From: Felis catus
Lineage: Eukaryota
DNA: 64,000 bases
Direction: 5' to 3'
Assembly: GCF_018350175.1 (NCBI RefSeq)
Contig: NC_058368.1
Span: forward strand, 239,136,001 to 239,200,000
Shown: piece by piece, positions 14,101 through 28,045 of the stretch
How the letters are laid out: every line of letters begins with the position of its first letter
How positions within the stretch are numbered: the first letter of the stretch is position 1
The notes under the pieces: model-generated
Seen by the model: only the letters and a program-made list of their open reading frames with translations
What the model was told of the DNA's origin: nothing
The model's database searches: none
Program-made: the position numbers and the translations under genes

Positions 14101-14694
14101 CAGAACCACTCCTCGGGCCTCCTCCCTCTTCTCACAGCAGCGGGAAGAACAGCGCCATGTGCACCAAAGGCTTTGCCCAGACTCCACTGAGTGTCCCCCA
14201 AACACCCTTCAGCTGGGTCGGTCCTACCTCTCCTTACAGACAGTCTCCTTGTCCTCCTTGACTTCAATGACCCTGAAGATCATTGCCAGCAACTCTGCAA
14301 ACTGCCCCTCAGTTGGGGGTTGTCCAGTGTTTCCTCAGCTTAGACCACGGTCTACCGACCCTCTCAGGAACATCACCCAAGAGGACATGTTCTCTGCCTC
14401 CTGTTGCCCAGCATGTGAGGGGTCAGATTTGGTGGCCTAAGGCAGGTGGTGGGTTTCTCCATTCTAAGTTTTTCCCTTAGGTGTGAACTCATACTTGTTG
14501 GGAGGTGGTTCAAGACTATAAAAATTCCACTTCTGAGCCCACTTTCACCCACTAATTTTAGTACAGAAATTTCTTGCCTGAGTTATTGCTACAACAGTGA
14601 ATGACTGATGACTTTGTAAGTCACATCTGTCTCCAGTCACCTTTCCACAGCCCAGGATTCTTCATCAGCACTCTGCCCTAAGGAGAATTTTGTC

Positions 14695-14928
14695 TTTTTT
14701 TTTAATGTTTATTTTTGAGAGAGAGAGAGACAGAGACAGAGAGAGACAGAGAGAGCACACACAGGAGCAGGGGAGGATCAGAGACACAGGGAGACACAGA
14801 ATCCAAAGCAGGCTCCAAGCTCTCAGCTGTCAGCACAGAGCCTGACACAGGGCTCAAACCCACGAGCATGAGATCATGACAAGAACCAAAGTCACACATT
14901 TAAAACAACTGAGCCACCCAGGTGCCCC
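14695..14928 (-). mobile_element. Can-SINE
   Basis: Poly-T, (GA)n, ...gagccacccaggtgcccc; flanked by similar gagaattttgtctt / gaaaactttgtctt. Confidence 0.92.
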
Positions 14929-16436
14929 AGGAAAACTTTGTCTTATCATTCATTCATTCATTCATTCATTCATTCGTCTATGCATACATATCAGTGTGGG
15001 CTTATGGAATCCTATTTTATTCACTGGGTTATGATCTATTACTATTCTTTTTCATTTTAATGCTGAAATGGTCCAGATTTGGCCAGTGAGAGCCCCCTTG
15101 GGATGGCTGTGTCCTGTGGGGTGTCTCCATTCCTCTCTGAGCACTGCCTCACTTTCTGGCTTGAGATGCTCTAAGCTTTCCTTGCTCCAACTCTGGAAAG
15201 AGGCCTGAGTTCCTTTTGATGGTGAACAGTATCTAGAAACCAAGATCTGAGTGTGAGCTATGCTCACAGTAACCTTAGACCTTGCCAGTGGGCAGAACAC
15301 ACACCTATACACACGTATTTATGTCTATAGCTATCTTTGTATTTTGAAAATGATGAGCTCACACCAGTACCTCCAATTCCAATCCAACATCACAGGATTC
15401 AGTACAGAGTGGAATTATTTTTCCTTTAATATTAATTCCTTTAATATTTGGTAGAGATTGCTTTAAAAACCTCTGGGTCTACATTTTAACTACTGATTCG
15501 ACTTTTCAAAATAGTCATATGACTATTTAGGGTCTCCATTTCTTCTTGAGTCATTTCTAATGAGCTATATTTCTAGTAATGTATTCATTTGTTTTCCAAC
15601 TTTTTGACATAAATTTGTTCATAATAGCCTTCAGTTACCTTTCAAATATGTGCAGCGCCTAGAATCATGTTCCCTTTAGGTCCCTAATACTATTTACTTT
15701 TTTTTCCTCATTCAGTTTCACTAGATATTTACAAATTTTATCATTTTAGAGGAACTCTATTGTATGTTTCTTTTCTGTTTCACCAATATCTTCTCTTTTA
15801 TTATTTGCTTTCTTGGACTCTTTTTGTTTATTTTGCTTTGCTTTATCAGAACTACTGAACCTAATGCTTAGTTCATTAATTTTCCACCTTTCTTCTTTCA
15901 TATATAAACACATAGGGTTATTTATTTCTGAGGAATACTTTAGCTGCATGCCCCACATTTTGATTTGTAAATATTTTCTAAGTTTCATGATGTTTTCTTT
16001 TTTCATCTATGAGTTATTTACCAGTGTGTTTATTTCCAAATATAAGGGTTTTGAAGTCATCTTTTATTACTGATTTCCAGCTCAGGTGCATTGAGGTCTT
16101 ATAACATGCATTTGTCATGATTTTGTCTTTTGAAATTTATTGAGACTTGCTTTCATTGGCCAATATGTTTTCAGTATATTTATAAATTCCACGTGGGCTT
16201 GAAAAGATGTGAATTCTATAGTTTCAGAGTAGTGTTTTCTGTGTGTCCTTTAGATTTTGCATTGTGAAATCTCCTAGAATCTTTACTGATTTTTATTTAT
16301 TTGATCTATTAAACACTGAGAAAATAACTTAAAATCTTTCATGGGGATGAATTCATCTGTTTTTCTGTATAGTTCTGTCGATATTATATATTTTCAAGGT
16401 TATGTTACTGGAAGCACATAAATGTAAAATCATTTC

Positions 16437-16620
16437 AGTGCTGGGTGGCTCAGTTGGTTAAGCATCCAGCTCTTGATTTCAGCTCAGGTCATGATTTCAC
16501 AGTTCATGAGTTTGAGCTCCAGGTCAAAGCTTGGGATTCTCTTTCCCTCTCTCTGCCCTTCCCCTGCTTGTTCTCTCTCTCTCTCAAATAAATCAACTTT
16601 AAATAAATAAATAAATAAAA
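16437..16620 (+). mobile_element. Can-SINE (older, internally shortened)
   Basis: gctgggtggctcagttggttaagcatccagctcttgatttcagctcaggtcatga...(CT)n, (AAAT)n. Confidence 0.85.
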
Positions 16621-17349
16621 CAATTTTAGTGCTTGATAAAATGTTTTCAATTTAAAAATTTTTAATTGATATAAATTTTTAAAATCATTATGTAGTGACC
16701 CTCTCATGATCTCCAGTTATGTTTTTTAACCAAAAACTAAATTTTTTTTACATTAAAATGGCTTCATGAGATTTCTTTCAGTTAGCATTTTTCCATCCTT
16801 TTTCTTTCAACCTTTCCATGCCATTTGTAAACAGACATAGTAATCCACTCTAATAATCCTTATCTTTCAGTTGTCATGTTTAGTCTATTCACATTTACTG
16901 TAATTCATGACATATTTGGGATTTTGTGGTTTCTACTCCCCCTTCCACATCTCTGTTTTCTTCTTTCTTGTCTAAGAATATTGATTACATCTACTTATTC
17001 TACTTTGTCTCTCCACTAGTTTTAAGGGAAACCCCATTTCTTTCACCCTGATGATTATTATGGGCAGTTTATGATGAATTAATTAGCCAGCTTCCATAGG
17101 ACATTAACACAAGAACCACCAAAGTCTGTGCCTCAAGTCTCCCTCTCTACTTTTATGGTTAGGAATTTATTCTCTCTCTCTTGTTCTTCCAACATGGTAG
17201 TACTACTGTTTTATACTCTCAGTGTTTGTGTCAATCTGCCCACACGGTCACCACCCTCCTGCTCCTCCATTCGTCTCCACTCCAGGTCTCCCACCTGGAA
17301 TGCCCTTCCTTCTGCATGAAGTACATCCTTCAATATTTCCTTTAGTAGA

Positions 17350-17530
17350 AGTGCCAGGTGGCTCAGTTGGTTAAGCATCCAACTCTTGATTTTGGCTCAG
17401 GTCATGATCTCATGGCTCTGTGCTGACAGCATGGAACCCGCATGGGATTCTCTCTCCCTCTCTCTCTCTACCCCTCCCTCACTTGTGTACATGCACTTTC
17501 TCAAAAATAAATAAATAAACATTTAAAATT
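17350..17530 (+). mobile_element. Can-SINE (older)
   Basis: ggtggctcagttggttaagcatccaactcttgattttggctcaggtcatgatctc...aaaaataaataaataaacatt. Confidence 0.85.
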
Positions 17531-19259
17531 TCCTTTAATAAAACTCTCTTTGGATTCTCAGCTTCATTTTGTTTTTGGTCTCTGAGTATTCCTTAATCTC
17601 CTGCTTGCCCACTGATATATTTTGACAGGTTTCAGATATTTTATCTTGCATTTTTGGCTGTTAGCAGCAAGATGACCGATTAGTTACTGGCCTGTTGTAT
17701 TGTTGGAAATGGAAGAAGGCATATATTTGGTAGCAGAATTCTTCCACTAGACTCTAAACGCCCGGGGATGGGGACCATGGTGGATCTTCTGTTTTCTTGC
17801 CTTATAACAGGTTGTTAATATGGAACTCTTTCTGTCTGAAAGAGTTGAGGCCCCAAGACAACAAAGTGCCAACTATACCCAAGTCCCAAAGTGAGATTCC
17901 AGGTGACCTGGGGAGGGTTACAAAGGAGGTGTCAGAAACAAGAGATGCTCAAGGATGGGAGGAGGGTCTCCTTGGAGAGTCTGTGTTGTGAGTTGCATGC
18001 CCCCACCTGTACCCTGAAGACTGGCATCTCTCTACACTCAAGAAATCCAAAGGACAAAGGTGGGGCCTAAGGCTCCTGGTAGGCACCTGGGCTGCATCCA
18101 TGTGGGAAGTGCCATCTACCAACCTAGTGGGTCTAAGGTGAGTGTTTCCTGGGGAGCAGGTAGGGTCATAATGCCCAACCACTGGCCTGGGATGTCTCAA
18201 GTCCTCCAAGAGGGTGCCTGGAGACATGAGCAGAGACTGCAACAGAAGAGGCTAGAGGTACCTTCTGACATCTGAGGCTAAGAAAGGAGGTGACAGGGAC
18301 CAGCTGGAGAGGACAGAGTGCCAGCGTTACCAACCACAGTAGAAGACCCCTCTGGGTCCCCCACTGAGCCTTGCCGGCCAGCTCACGGCAATGCCAGTCA
18401 TGTAGGACCTCAATGAACCCTCGCCTCTCCTCCCTGCTGCTGCTCTGAACCAGAAGGGCAGGAAACCACAGCTACCAGTGGGGCAGGACCAAGAGGAGAA
18501 GCAGCCAGCCTGAGCCCCCGCCCTTCTGCCTGCTGGAGCTCCAGGTGAGGGCTGGGAGAAGGCTCACACTTGAAAGACAGATCATACTAATACCAAGCTC
18601 AGCCTGCATAGGAAGCCAACATTATGGAGTGAAGGGGTGGGGAGGGGACACTGAATTCCCTGGAAGGGACCAGAAACATCCATAGCTGCCCTGGTTCTTC
18701 CATGGGTAGGGGAGGAACCAACCAGAAAGGAGATTTGCTGGGACGGGGAGAGAAAAAAAAAATCAAAGCTGTTTTGTGCTGACCCTGAGTTCTGGCTACT
18801 TATCAGGTCTGAGCAGATGCAGGTACCAGAAGGGAGGGAGTGAATCGGTGCACAGACCAATGAGTGCTTGCTCTTCTTCCTGGAAGTAGCTAAGATATGG
18901 TAAGGTAAATAAAACAGTGCATAGAAGAATCAAGAGTGATCTGAGGAGTGCTGGGGGCCCTTCCTGTGGGGTCAGAAGCTGGTGGCCACAGACAGTAGGA
19001 CAGGACAGGCACTCTATCCTGAATGACCCAACACTAGCGTGTCTTTGCTGGAAATGCCCCAGGGAACCAATTCTGGAAGGTGTCAGTGTTGGGAAGGAAG
19101 GGGTAAGGAAGGTGGTTCCAGCAGCAGATGAGGTGAGAGGCAGCAGTGACCCGTATCCATGTGCCTGGGGGACAAAGCCCCTGGACGCTCCACGTGAGAG
19201 GAGAGGGGGCAGGTCCCAACCCTCTTGCCCCCAGAAGGCCCATCTCAGTCAGCCTGGGT

Positions 19260-19525
19260 CCCTGTAACAAGACACAACGCACGGGCGTGTAAACGGCAGG
19301 TAAGTATTCCTCACAGCTCTAGAGGCTGAGGCCTGAGATCAGGGCACCAGCAGATTCAGTTTCTGGTGAAATCTTTCCTGGCTTCCTCAGACCAACACTA
19401 ATCCTGTGGGGTCAGGTCCTCCGCAGGGCCTCATTTAACCTTAATACTCCTTAGAGGCACCATCTCCAAACACAGCCACACCGGGGTGCGGGCCTTGGTG
19501 TGCGCATTTGGAGGGATGCACAGGG
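19260..19525 (-). mobile_element. MLT1-type (ERVL-MaLR) LTR fragment
   Basis: ctcacagctctagaggctgagg...gagatcaggg...cctcatttaaccttaatactccttagaggcaccatctccaaacacagccaca. Confidence 0.7.
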
Positions 19526-22500
19526 CTCATCGAGAGAAGGGTAACTCTAGTGACAGCTGAAAACTGGTACCACTCAGCTAGCTGTACACGCCTCCATTGC
19601 TGGTCCTAAGACCATCAAGGCAAACTGCCCTCCTGACATGCTGCGCGCGGGCAAGGCCCCTCGGGAAGGTTCTGGGGCACACCCTCCTGACATGTGGGCT
19701 TCTGGACCCGTCCACCAGGTGAGCAGGGGCCAGGACTCACCCCTGCAGGGCTCCATTTGGCATGTGCAGAATCGAGCCCCACGGGCTGAGCGGAGAAAAC
19801 GCAAAGGGACGGGAGGCCCAGATACGACCCATGGGCAGCACTGACCCAGGGTCGGAATCTCGACGTTCCCACAGACAGCCGAAACTGCTTTTCCACCTCC
19901 CCCTTCTCGCTTCATTCTGCTTATCGCCCCTGTTGCCCTCTCTGACACTTCTCTCCACAGAGTCAGGAGCCCTGGCTGATGTTCCCATCACAAGACTCAC
20001 GGGATGGACACACCGTGTGGACCTTGGGTCCGTTACCTGTGAGTGGTGGTTCTCCACCACCTGAGCTTTGCTCCTCTGGCCAGCAAGTGTCCCAGATGAG
20101 CCCACACTGCAGAGCTAATGCCTGGGAGCGTGGCCGTAACCAACTACCAGGCTTAAGTGAGGAGGTGCTGGGGCTTCTCAGGCCCCACATCCTGGGGGAG
20201 CCCACCTCGAGGGTCCTGTTTGTCCTGACTTCCCCCTTTTTCTCAGCCCCCAATTTCCTATCGTGTGAACGATGAAATCCACAAGACTGGAAAATCCCAG
20301 TCTTGCGTTTGAGCAGAGGGGTTGATAACGTAGAAGCACTGACTGGCCCCTTGCCTGTGCAAAAACCAGATAAAAAAAAAAATTAAAAATCTGCTGCCTT
20401 TCAAAAATCCACAAAAGCCAGCACTAAAGTAAACATCACAGGCAAGTTTTCAGGCCTTATTACCATCTGAAGCTGAAATTTTCCAGGTCACATCCTTCCC
20501 AAAGGTGACATTTTATGGAAGCTTTAATGAAATTAACTCATCTATTTCTGAGTCAGGAAGTGCAGATTAAGATCCGATTTTTTGCAGCCTGACTTTTTTC
20601 TAACTCCACAGTGAAAATGAATTCAGGAAACTTTCTACAATTTCCTCTAAACTGTGCAGCTTCAAGGGGATCCCACACTTTAGAACCCTTGACAGAAACG
20701 GTGCTGTGGAGAAACCAAGTTTTGTTCTGACACCTGACTGTGACAGTGGCCAGGCAGCTGTGAGCTTTGGGCTGGCCCACCTGCCGCAGGACCTGGAGTC
20801 AGCCCTAGCTACTCGGACAGACCTGAAGGGCGTCCGCGTGCACCAGCGGGAGGCGTGGGGGGGCAGGTCAGGAACATCACCGACCGCCAGTTAAGAGAGG
20901 TGAGGCGTTCAGGCAGATACTCGAATAGCTGCCTGAACCCCTAGAAACAGCAGACAGGAGCCTTTCAGAGACCACCAACCCTGGCCTGGCTGGGAACAGC
21001 TGGACCCATCCAGAGAAGTGACCTGGTTCCCTCCCGACCACCCAGCCAGGAGGTCAGGTCTGCAAGGGTGTGCCAACAGGAGGTAAACCACCAACCCCAC
21101 CCAGGGCAGCCCCAAACCTGCCCGAGCTGCCTAAAGAGGCCACCGTGGAAGCTGAGGTGGCCGTCCATAACAGAGGGGCTTCGCAAAGGCAAGTCTGGGG
21201 ACAGCGCCCTTGGTGTGGACACCTGGCTCTCCGGTGCATTTTGTATGACTTTGTCGACTTACTCATCACATCACAAACCTCCTAGAAAAGCACTCTTGTC
21301 CTGCACAACACGAAAATGTTCCAAGTCACCTCAGTGAACTGATCTTGTCACCATCGGGGCTCAGAGTGCCCACCAGATAGCCACGGGCATGAGGAGGCAG
21401 GCCCCCAGCATGGGGATAGAACCCCTGGGGCCTGGGGCTGTGCCCCAGGGCAAAGCGATGGGCCCTGGGCATGGGGATAGAACCCCTGGGGCAAGGGGCT
21501 GGGGGCCCCTGGGGCTCTCAGCTTCTACTCAGAGCACAGATGCTCGGAAGAGCACCCCCAGTTACACCGGTCTTCCCATCTGCGGGCCTTTCTTGGCCCC
21601 TCACCTGAGGTCCCAGAGCCACCAAGAACCTGAAATCTAAGATTCCAGTACTTCAAGGAGAGAGGGCCTGAGCCAGACATGTGGACACTGGGAAGGAGAA
21701 TCCAGACAATAGACATGGCTTTGAATGTGGCCAGTGAGAAAACACAGCAGCTGCAGCTATGGAGGTTGGGGGACAGGACTGCACTGCATATAGCTGGTCC
21801 TGTCACCCGAGGGCCTGGGGATACCCCAGTGCAGCTGGGGAAGGAACACAAAACCCCTCCGTCCCATGGGGAAGGGGCCCAGACCACAGCAGGGAGAATA
21901 CAAGTGACTAGCAGCCCCTGCCCCTGCCCCATCCCAAGATGTAGGACCTTGGCAGCAAGGGGCCAGAGCCTTGGACAGACTGGGGTGAGGGGCTGCCTCA
22001 GCGCAGCCTGCAGACAGCGCCTGCCCCTCGCCTCCTGTGGGAAGCCCACCAGCCCACAAGACCCTCCTGGTGACCTCCACTGAGTGCCACGCACCATTCT
22101 CTGTCACCCTACAGAATACTTCAGCAGGAGTGTTTTGTGAGCTTGGGCTCCAGCCATGGAAGTCTGGGTGACGGACACCCAGGTGGCACCCTTTTAACCC
22201 AAAGGAAGAGTGCGAGGTTTAGTGAGGAAGACCGACCTGGGCTGAGCGCTGGGTGAGCTCCAGCCCCGGCTGCGAATCCCACGGGGCCACGTCAGGGATG
22301 GAAGAGGCAGCACGGGGATGCACAGGGGAACAGGGGAGCAGGGATGCCCCAGAGGGGTCCTGGGCATGGCCAATGTGGCAGCCACCAGCCCTCAGGACCA
22401 AGCCTGGCTCAGCAGGCCACATGGCCATCCAGCCCAGTGCACTCGGCCTCCCCATGATGACAGGTGGCCTTTCCATGATGGGACATCTCAGTGTGGCTCA

Positions 22501-23810
22501 GGACCAGCCCAGACTACCCACTGGGCTCCACACCCCAGAGCAGAGAGGGCACACACATGGGTGAGCCCCCAGGGTTCTGGGGTGTCAGACGGAGGTTGGG
22601 AGGGAGCTCCATGCAGAGCTCTCACACACAGAGCAGGCTCTCCGAGCCCAGTAGTGGTCAGAGGATCTGGGATTCCTGCTCCATGAGAGAAAATGGAGGC
22701 CAACGTGTGGGGGGCCCTTTGGGAGGGGTCAGTCGGCAAGGTGCCCAGGTGGAGTATGCACTGGGCAGAGCTGCCTGCAGGCCCCTAATGTTTCCTCATG
22801 GTGGGGTCTCTGGAGGCAGTTGGGATTGAAGGTAGGCTAAGTCCTCAAGAAAACCGCCCTCCCTCTCCTGGGGGGCTGCAGAAGGCCAGCAATGCACAGT
22901 AGCCGAGTCGCACCTCAGACGTGTCTGATTAAGGTGCGTTCGGGCCTTGCCATAATCGTCTCAGGGCAAATTGTCCCCACAGGTGTGGGAGCTGGGACAG
23001 ACCTGGGTTCACATCACCCGAGGACCTCAGCCCTGGCCAGCGTCCTCACTGCAGCCCAGGGTGTTATGTGCAGCAAAATGAGGATGTGCAAAAACCGACC
23101 TCCAAAGCCTTTGGGTAGAGAGTATAGACTCTGCTGTTGGCCACAGCCCCCACCACTCCCTGGTGCCCAGACCTGCCCCTTTACACATTTGTCTTACCCA
23201 CTCCCAAAGACATGTAGTAAGTTGCGATTTGGTAAGAAGTTCAGACTTAATTCGGGACGATGACGGCAGTCGTGGGCCCTGAAACAGCGTGGTGACAGCC
23301 ACATTTCTTTACCAGGAACTGAGCCAGGACACGTGGAGAATGAGGCCTGGTTGGGAGCATCAGATATAGGAGAGCACCCATCCCCAGCTACTGCAAGGGA
23401 CTGACACACCAGGGACCCCTTGCGCCGAGGGGCTGGTGCCTGGCTGGGATCACAGCATCCCCGGGACAGACAAAGCAACAACACGGAAGGATGGCCACCC
23501 AATAGTGACACGGGCTAATGGGGGAACACGGCCTCCTGAGCTCAGCCCTGGTCCTGCTTCCCCACAGAGAGGATCTGCCTGGTCCTCTGAAGCCCTGAGG
23601 CTGTGGGGAAGCTGAGCAGGGGGAGGGCCAGCCCCTGAGCCTTGCACAGAGCTGCCCTGGGTCATCAGCACTCAGTGCCGCTCCTCTAAATGATTACCCA
23701 AGACAGGGTGCAAACTGGTCCATCCCAGTAAAGTGGGGTGGGCCCGGGTGAGACCGAAGCGAGCCCAGGTGACACCCAGCTGAGCACAGATGGACAGAAG
23801 AGAGTCCTAC

Positions 23811-23992
23811 CTTCAAAGAAGCTCTTCACCCTGAGGTAGCTGACGCTGAGACGCAGGACGGAAAGCTTGTCCAGCTTAGACACGATGTCAGGAGGAAGCG
23901 GAAGCAGGCTGGCCAGGTGGTCCAGCTCGGCGTTGAGGCGGTCCCGGTGCCGCTTGGACGGGTTTGACTTCTCAGCCCCCGTGGCCGGCCTC
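23811..23992 (-). CDS. AHRR: AHRR bHLH exon, 182 bp
   Basis: cttccctgcag|G AGG CCG GCC...TTC TTT GAA G|gtagga = [60 protein letters not shown], an AHR-family bHLH. Lies within ORF 23686..24006. Confidence 0.98.
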
Positions 23993-25109
23993 CTGCAGGG
24001 AAGCAAGCGCCATCAGACTCGGGGTTTCCCGCCAGGGGCTGTCACCCCATGGAGCACACACCTGTCCCCAGAAGTGACCTTATGGCGTGGATCAGCTTCT
24101 AAGTGAGAAAAGGTGCTGAAAAGGACAAAAGGCTCCTGCTACTGTGCATACGAGGAAGCTGGGATCCATTACCAGGAAGGGCGCTCAGAGACAGAGAGCA
24201 GGTCTCCTTGGACACAGCTGCAGGCAAGCTGTGTGGCTTCAGCACATTTCTTGACCTCTCTGTGCTAACTTTTCCCCAAGTGTGAGGAGGATCCCTGGCC
24301 CCAGGCTGCATGTGCTCAGCCTCTTCCAGGCTTTTCTTAAACGCAGGACCTTTTCAGGACCTGCAGTCCAGGTGTGACTGATGCTTCTGGGCCTCAGTTT
24401 CTCCTCTACACAGCAGGGCTGAACGGGTCCGAGGAGGGGGTAACAGAGGACCCTTGGGCACCTGGGCGCTGTCCCACCCGCCCTTCTGAAGCCCTGACGT
24501 CATGGGCTGTGCCTCTGTGAGGTGGCTGGTGGCCTGGGTTCCATTTCCCTTTGCCCCACAACAGATCTGCTCTCCCCCACAAGGGGGATCCCCCTGCCCA
24601 GGGCTTCCCTGTCCACCATCCTGGTAGAGGGCAGAGCTGGCCTCCCCCATCTGACCCTCTTACCACCCCCCCACCCCCCACTGCCGGATGACAGTCCCTC
24701 TCCTCTGACCCTAACCGCCCTCACAGAAACAGCTCTATACAGGCCCTTCCTAAACATCACCCACATCAAAGCATCTGAACCTAAAGTGGCAGCCAGAGTT
24801 GGGTGGAGAGGCGGCAGGGGGAGGGGCTGTTGGCGCTGGACCCAGGTTGCCTGGCTCCCAGGGCCTACCCTCCCTGGGGTCATGGCACCTGGGAGGCTGG
24901 AGGGCTCCTGCTTTTAGGGGCTGAGGTCTCTTTTGTCTAGGAGTTCCTATTTGTCCCTGTGTGTTCACTTACAAGTGTGGTGAGACCCAGCAATCCGTGT
25001 GTCAGGAGGAGCCAGCAGCACAAACCTACTTTGCAGAGTCTGAGGACCCCTGGCCACAAAAGCACAGAGAAGCCTGATGCCCCGATCCCAGAGGCCACTT
25101 CTTTGTTTG

Positions 25110-26000
25110 CTTTGAGGTACAATTCACACAACACTAAGCTTTTCAAAATGTACATTCACCTCTATCAAGTCCCAAACATCTCACGGCTCCAGATGAAACC
25201 CTGTACCCGTTCAGTAGTTTCTCCCGGTCTCCCTCCAGCACCCCTGGCAACCACAAGCTGCCTTCTGTCTCCACGGCTCTGCCTGTTCTAGACATTTCAC
25301 ACACGTGCAGCCACACAGTGTGAGACTTTTCGTGTCTGGCTTCTCCCACCTGGCATCATGTCTTCAAGTAACTGTGGTGCAGCGTTTATCAGGACCCCAT
25401 TCCTTCTTCTGAGTGAATAACACTCCGTCGTGTGGATGGACCACATTTGCTCACCTGTTCACAACTCGATGGAAGTCTGGCCAGCTTTCAGTCGACGGAC
25501 ATCGTACCCAATGCCGTATGACCCTAAGACCCTGCTCACACCTAATTTTCAGTTCTCTCAGTGCACGCCCGGGAGTGGACAGCCGGGTCGGTGTGGTCAC
25601 TCCATTTCACCTTCTGAGGAGCTGCCAGACTAGCGGCTGCACCCAAAGACATCACCACCAGCACCAGGTGAGGGTTCGGCGCTTCACACCCTCATGGACA
25701 CATCAGTTTCCTTTTTCTGTAGAACAGCCATTTTCGCAGGCGTGAAGGAGTGCCTCGCTGCGATCTGACTGGTATTTTCCTTAACGGCCAGTAATGGTCA
25801 CCCTTTCACATGCTTGTTGGGCGTCTGTGTGTCTTCTTTGGAGAAATGTCTCCCCAAGTCCTTTGCCCATTTTTCAACTGGGTTGTCTTTTTAATGTTGA
25901 GTTGTAGGAGTTCTTTATATTCTTGACAGAAGCCCTTTATCAGATACATGATTTACAAATATTCCTCCTATATCTTTGCTTTTCTCACTTTCTGCTGTTT
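25110..26000 (-). mobile_element. Old L1M 3' end (antisense)
   Basis: cccctggcaaccac...ttctgtctc...gcctgttctagacatttca; gtgtcttctttggagaaatgtct...tttgcccatttttcaactgggttgtc. Confidence 0.8.
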
Positions 26001-27426
26001 TTCTTCCTTAATGAGGCATATGCCCCCAAATCACTCATGCTGCTGGGCAAAATTTAAACCGGCAGGAGGCCTGGAGATAAACTGAGCAGCTCCAGTGTGG
26101 GCTGGCACCTGCTGGCTAGAGCAGAGCCCCCCACCCCCACCCCAGTCAGTGAAAGACACCCGAGGCCTCCCCAGAGACACAGGAGCACTCAGGGCAGGTG
26201 TGAGGGTCAGAGAAGGGGAGACAGTGGGAGACCGGCAGGTGGCCCCTGCTGAAACCTCACCTCTGTGCAGGGCTGGGGGGGGGGGAGCTGATCCCCTGTC
26301 TCCCCAGACAGCCTGTGCCTGAAGATGAGCTGGGCCATGATATTTCTCTTACCCCTGCCCTCTTGGGGCACCTGTGGGAGGGACACTAGCCTGCTGGAGA
26401 AATGGGTGTTGGAAGAGACCCTTCAAAGTTTCTCACAATACTGGCTGTCCCGTGATGCATCTCTGCCACCCCATTCCCCAGCCCCATGGGCCAGAGCAGG
26501 AACCACCCCACCCCACCCCACGCCCACGGGCACGAGAGGGGATGGGGGTTGAGGGGCTTCAGGCTCAGGCCCAGGGGCATGTGGAGTAAGTTCCAAGTCC
26601 CCGGGCAGAGACTCAGCAGGTGATAGGGGACAAGGACCAGTGCCATTAGCACAGGGATAGTTCAGGCTCAGATGGAAGAGAGCCCTGGCACCAAAAATAT
26701 AAAATACCTGGCGTACATCTGGCAATGCTCCCCTGAACTGATGTGTAGATTCAATGTAATCAAATTAAAATTCCAACAATGCTTTTTATAGGAACTGACA
26801 CACTGATTCTAAAATTTACATGGAAACGCAAAGGACCAAGAATAACCAATGAAATAGCAAAATCGGGGGACCTATCCTTTTGACTTTAAGCCTGTCATAA
26901 ATCTACAATGTTCCAGATGGCTTGGTATTACAGAAAAAATAGAAATATAGAACAAGGGAACAGAGTAAGGAGTCTAGAAATAAACCCACAGATTTTGGAC
27001 AATTCATTTGATGAAGATACTACGGTAGTTCAAGGGAAAGAAAGTCCTTCCAATAACGGGGCTGGTCAACTGGAAACCCATGAAAACAGGTGAACACCAA
27101 CTGTCACCACACATAATCCCCCCAAATTAACTCAAAGTGGGTCACAGACCTAAATCTATAGCCTATTATAAAACTTTACAAGAAAATACATAAGATCTTT
27201 GAGACCTTGGGATAGCCACAGGACTCTTAGAATACACACATACACTCAAACTCATAAAAGAAAAAAATGGGTCAGTTGATCTTCATTAATATCTTTTAAA
27301 TGTCTTTTGAAAATCACCATTAAGAAAATGAAAGGGGGGAGCCTGGGTGGCTCAGTCAGTGGTGCGTGCGACTCTTGATCTCAGGGTCATGAGCTCGAGC
27401 CCCATGTTGGGCATAGAGATTAGTTT

Positions 27427-27428
<2 letters not shown>

Positions 27429-27465
<37 letters not shown>

Positions 27466-27850
27466 TGAAATTTATTGTCAAATTGGTTTCCATACAACAC
27501 CCAGTGTTCATCCCAACAGGTGCCCTCCTCAATACCCATCACCCACCCACCCACCCCTCCCTCCCACCCCCGATAAACCCTCAGTTTATTTTCAGTTTTT
27601 AGGAGTCTCTTACGTTTTGGCTCCCTCCCTCTCTCACTTTTTTTTTTCCTTCCCCTCCCCCATGGTCTTCTGTTAACTTTCTCAGGATCCACATAAGACT
27701 GAAAACATATGGTATCTGTCTTTCCCTGTATGACTTATTTCACTTAGCATAACACTCTCCAGTTCCATCCACGTTGCTACAAAAGGCCATATTTCATTCT
27801 TTCTCACTGCCACGTAGTATTCCATTGTGTATATAAACCACAATTTCTTT
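27429..27850 (-). mobile_element. Cat-type L1 3' end with (AAAT)n tail
   Basis: Plus strand (ttta)n then gaaatttattgtcaaattggtttccatacaacacccagtg... ORF 27682..27987 contains the L1 ORF2 C-terminal remnant WFIYTMEYY...WPFVATWMELESVMLSEIS. Confidence 0.9.
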
Positions 27851-28045
27851 AATGTTTGTTCACTCTTGAGAGAAAGAGTGTGAGTGGGGCAGGGGCAGAG
27901 AAAGAGGGAGGCACAGACTCTGAAGCAGGCTCCACACTCCGAGCTGTCAGCACAGAGCCCAACGTGGGGCTCAAACTCACGAACCACGAGATTATGGCCT
28001 GAGCTGAAGTCGGACGCTCAACTGACTGAGCCACCCAGGCGCCCC
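27849..28045 (-). mobile_element. Felid Can-SINE joined directly to the L1 3' end
   Basis: Reverse complement of GGGGCGCCTGGGTGGCTCAGTCAGTTGAGCGTCCGACTTCAGCTCAGG...AAACATTAAA. Confidence 0.92.

Larger units (their letters stand above)
14980..17700 (-). mobile_element. Old L1 fragments (antisense), interrupted by two SINEs
   Basis: T-rich L1 antisense signature (ctttagctgcatgccccacattttgat, gaaatttattgagacttgcttt). Boundaries approximate. Confidence 0.7.

Noticed and set aside
4000..14500. Many 100-250 aa ORFs on both strands (e.g. 7021..7746, 7377..8117, 7846..8487)
   Set aside because: Overlapping P/G/R/A-rich ORFs with no recognisable domains, as expected from stop-poor GC-rich intron. 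Only the 104-bp AHRR exon is supported.
21408..21492. Repeat-spacer-repeat resembling a CRISPR unit
   Set aside because: Only two copies, mammalian intron, no cas genes.
24495..24502. Perfect CRE palindrome TGACGTCA
   Set aside because: One 8-mer in 64 kb is about the chance expectation, and there is no supporting context.
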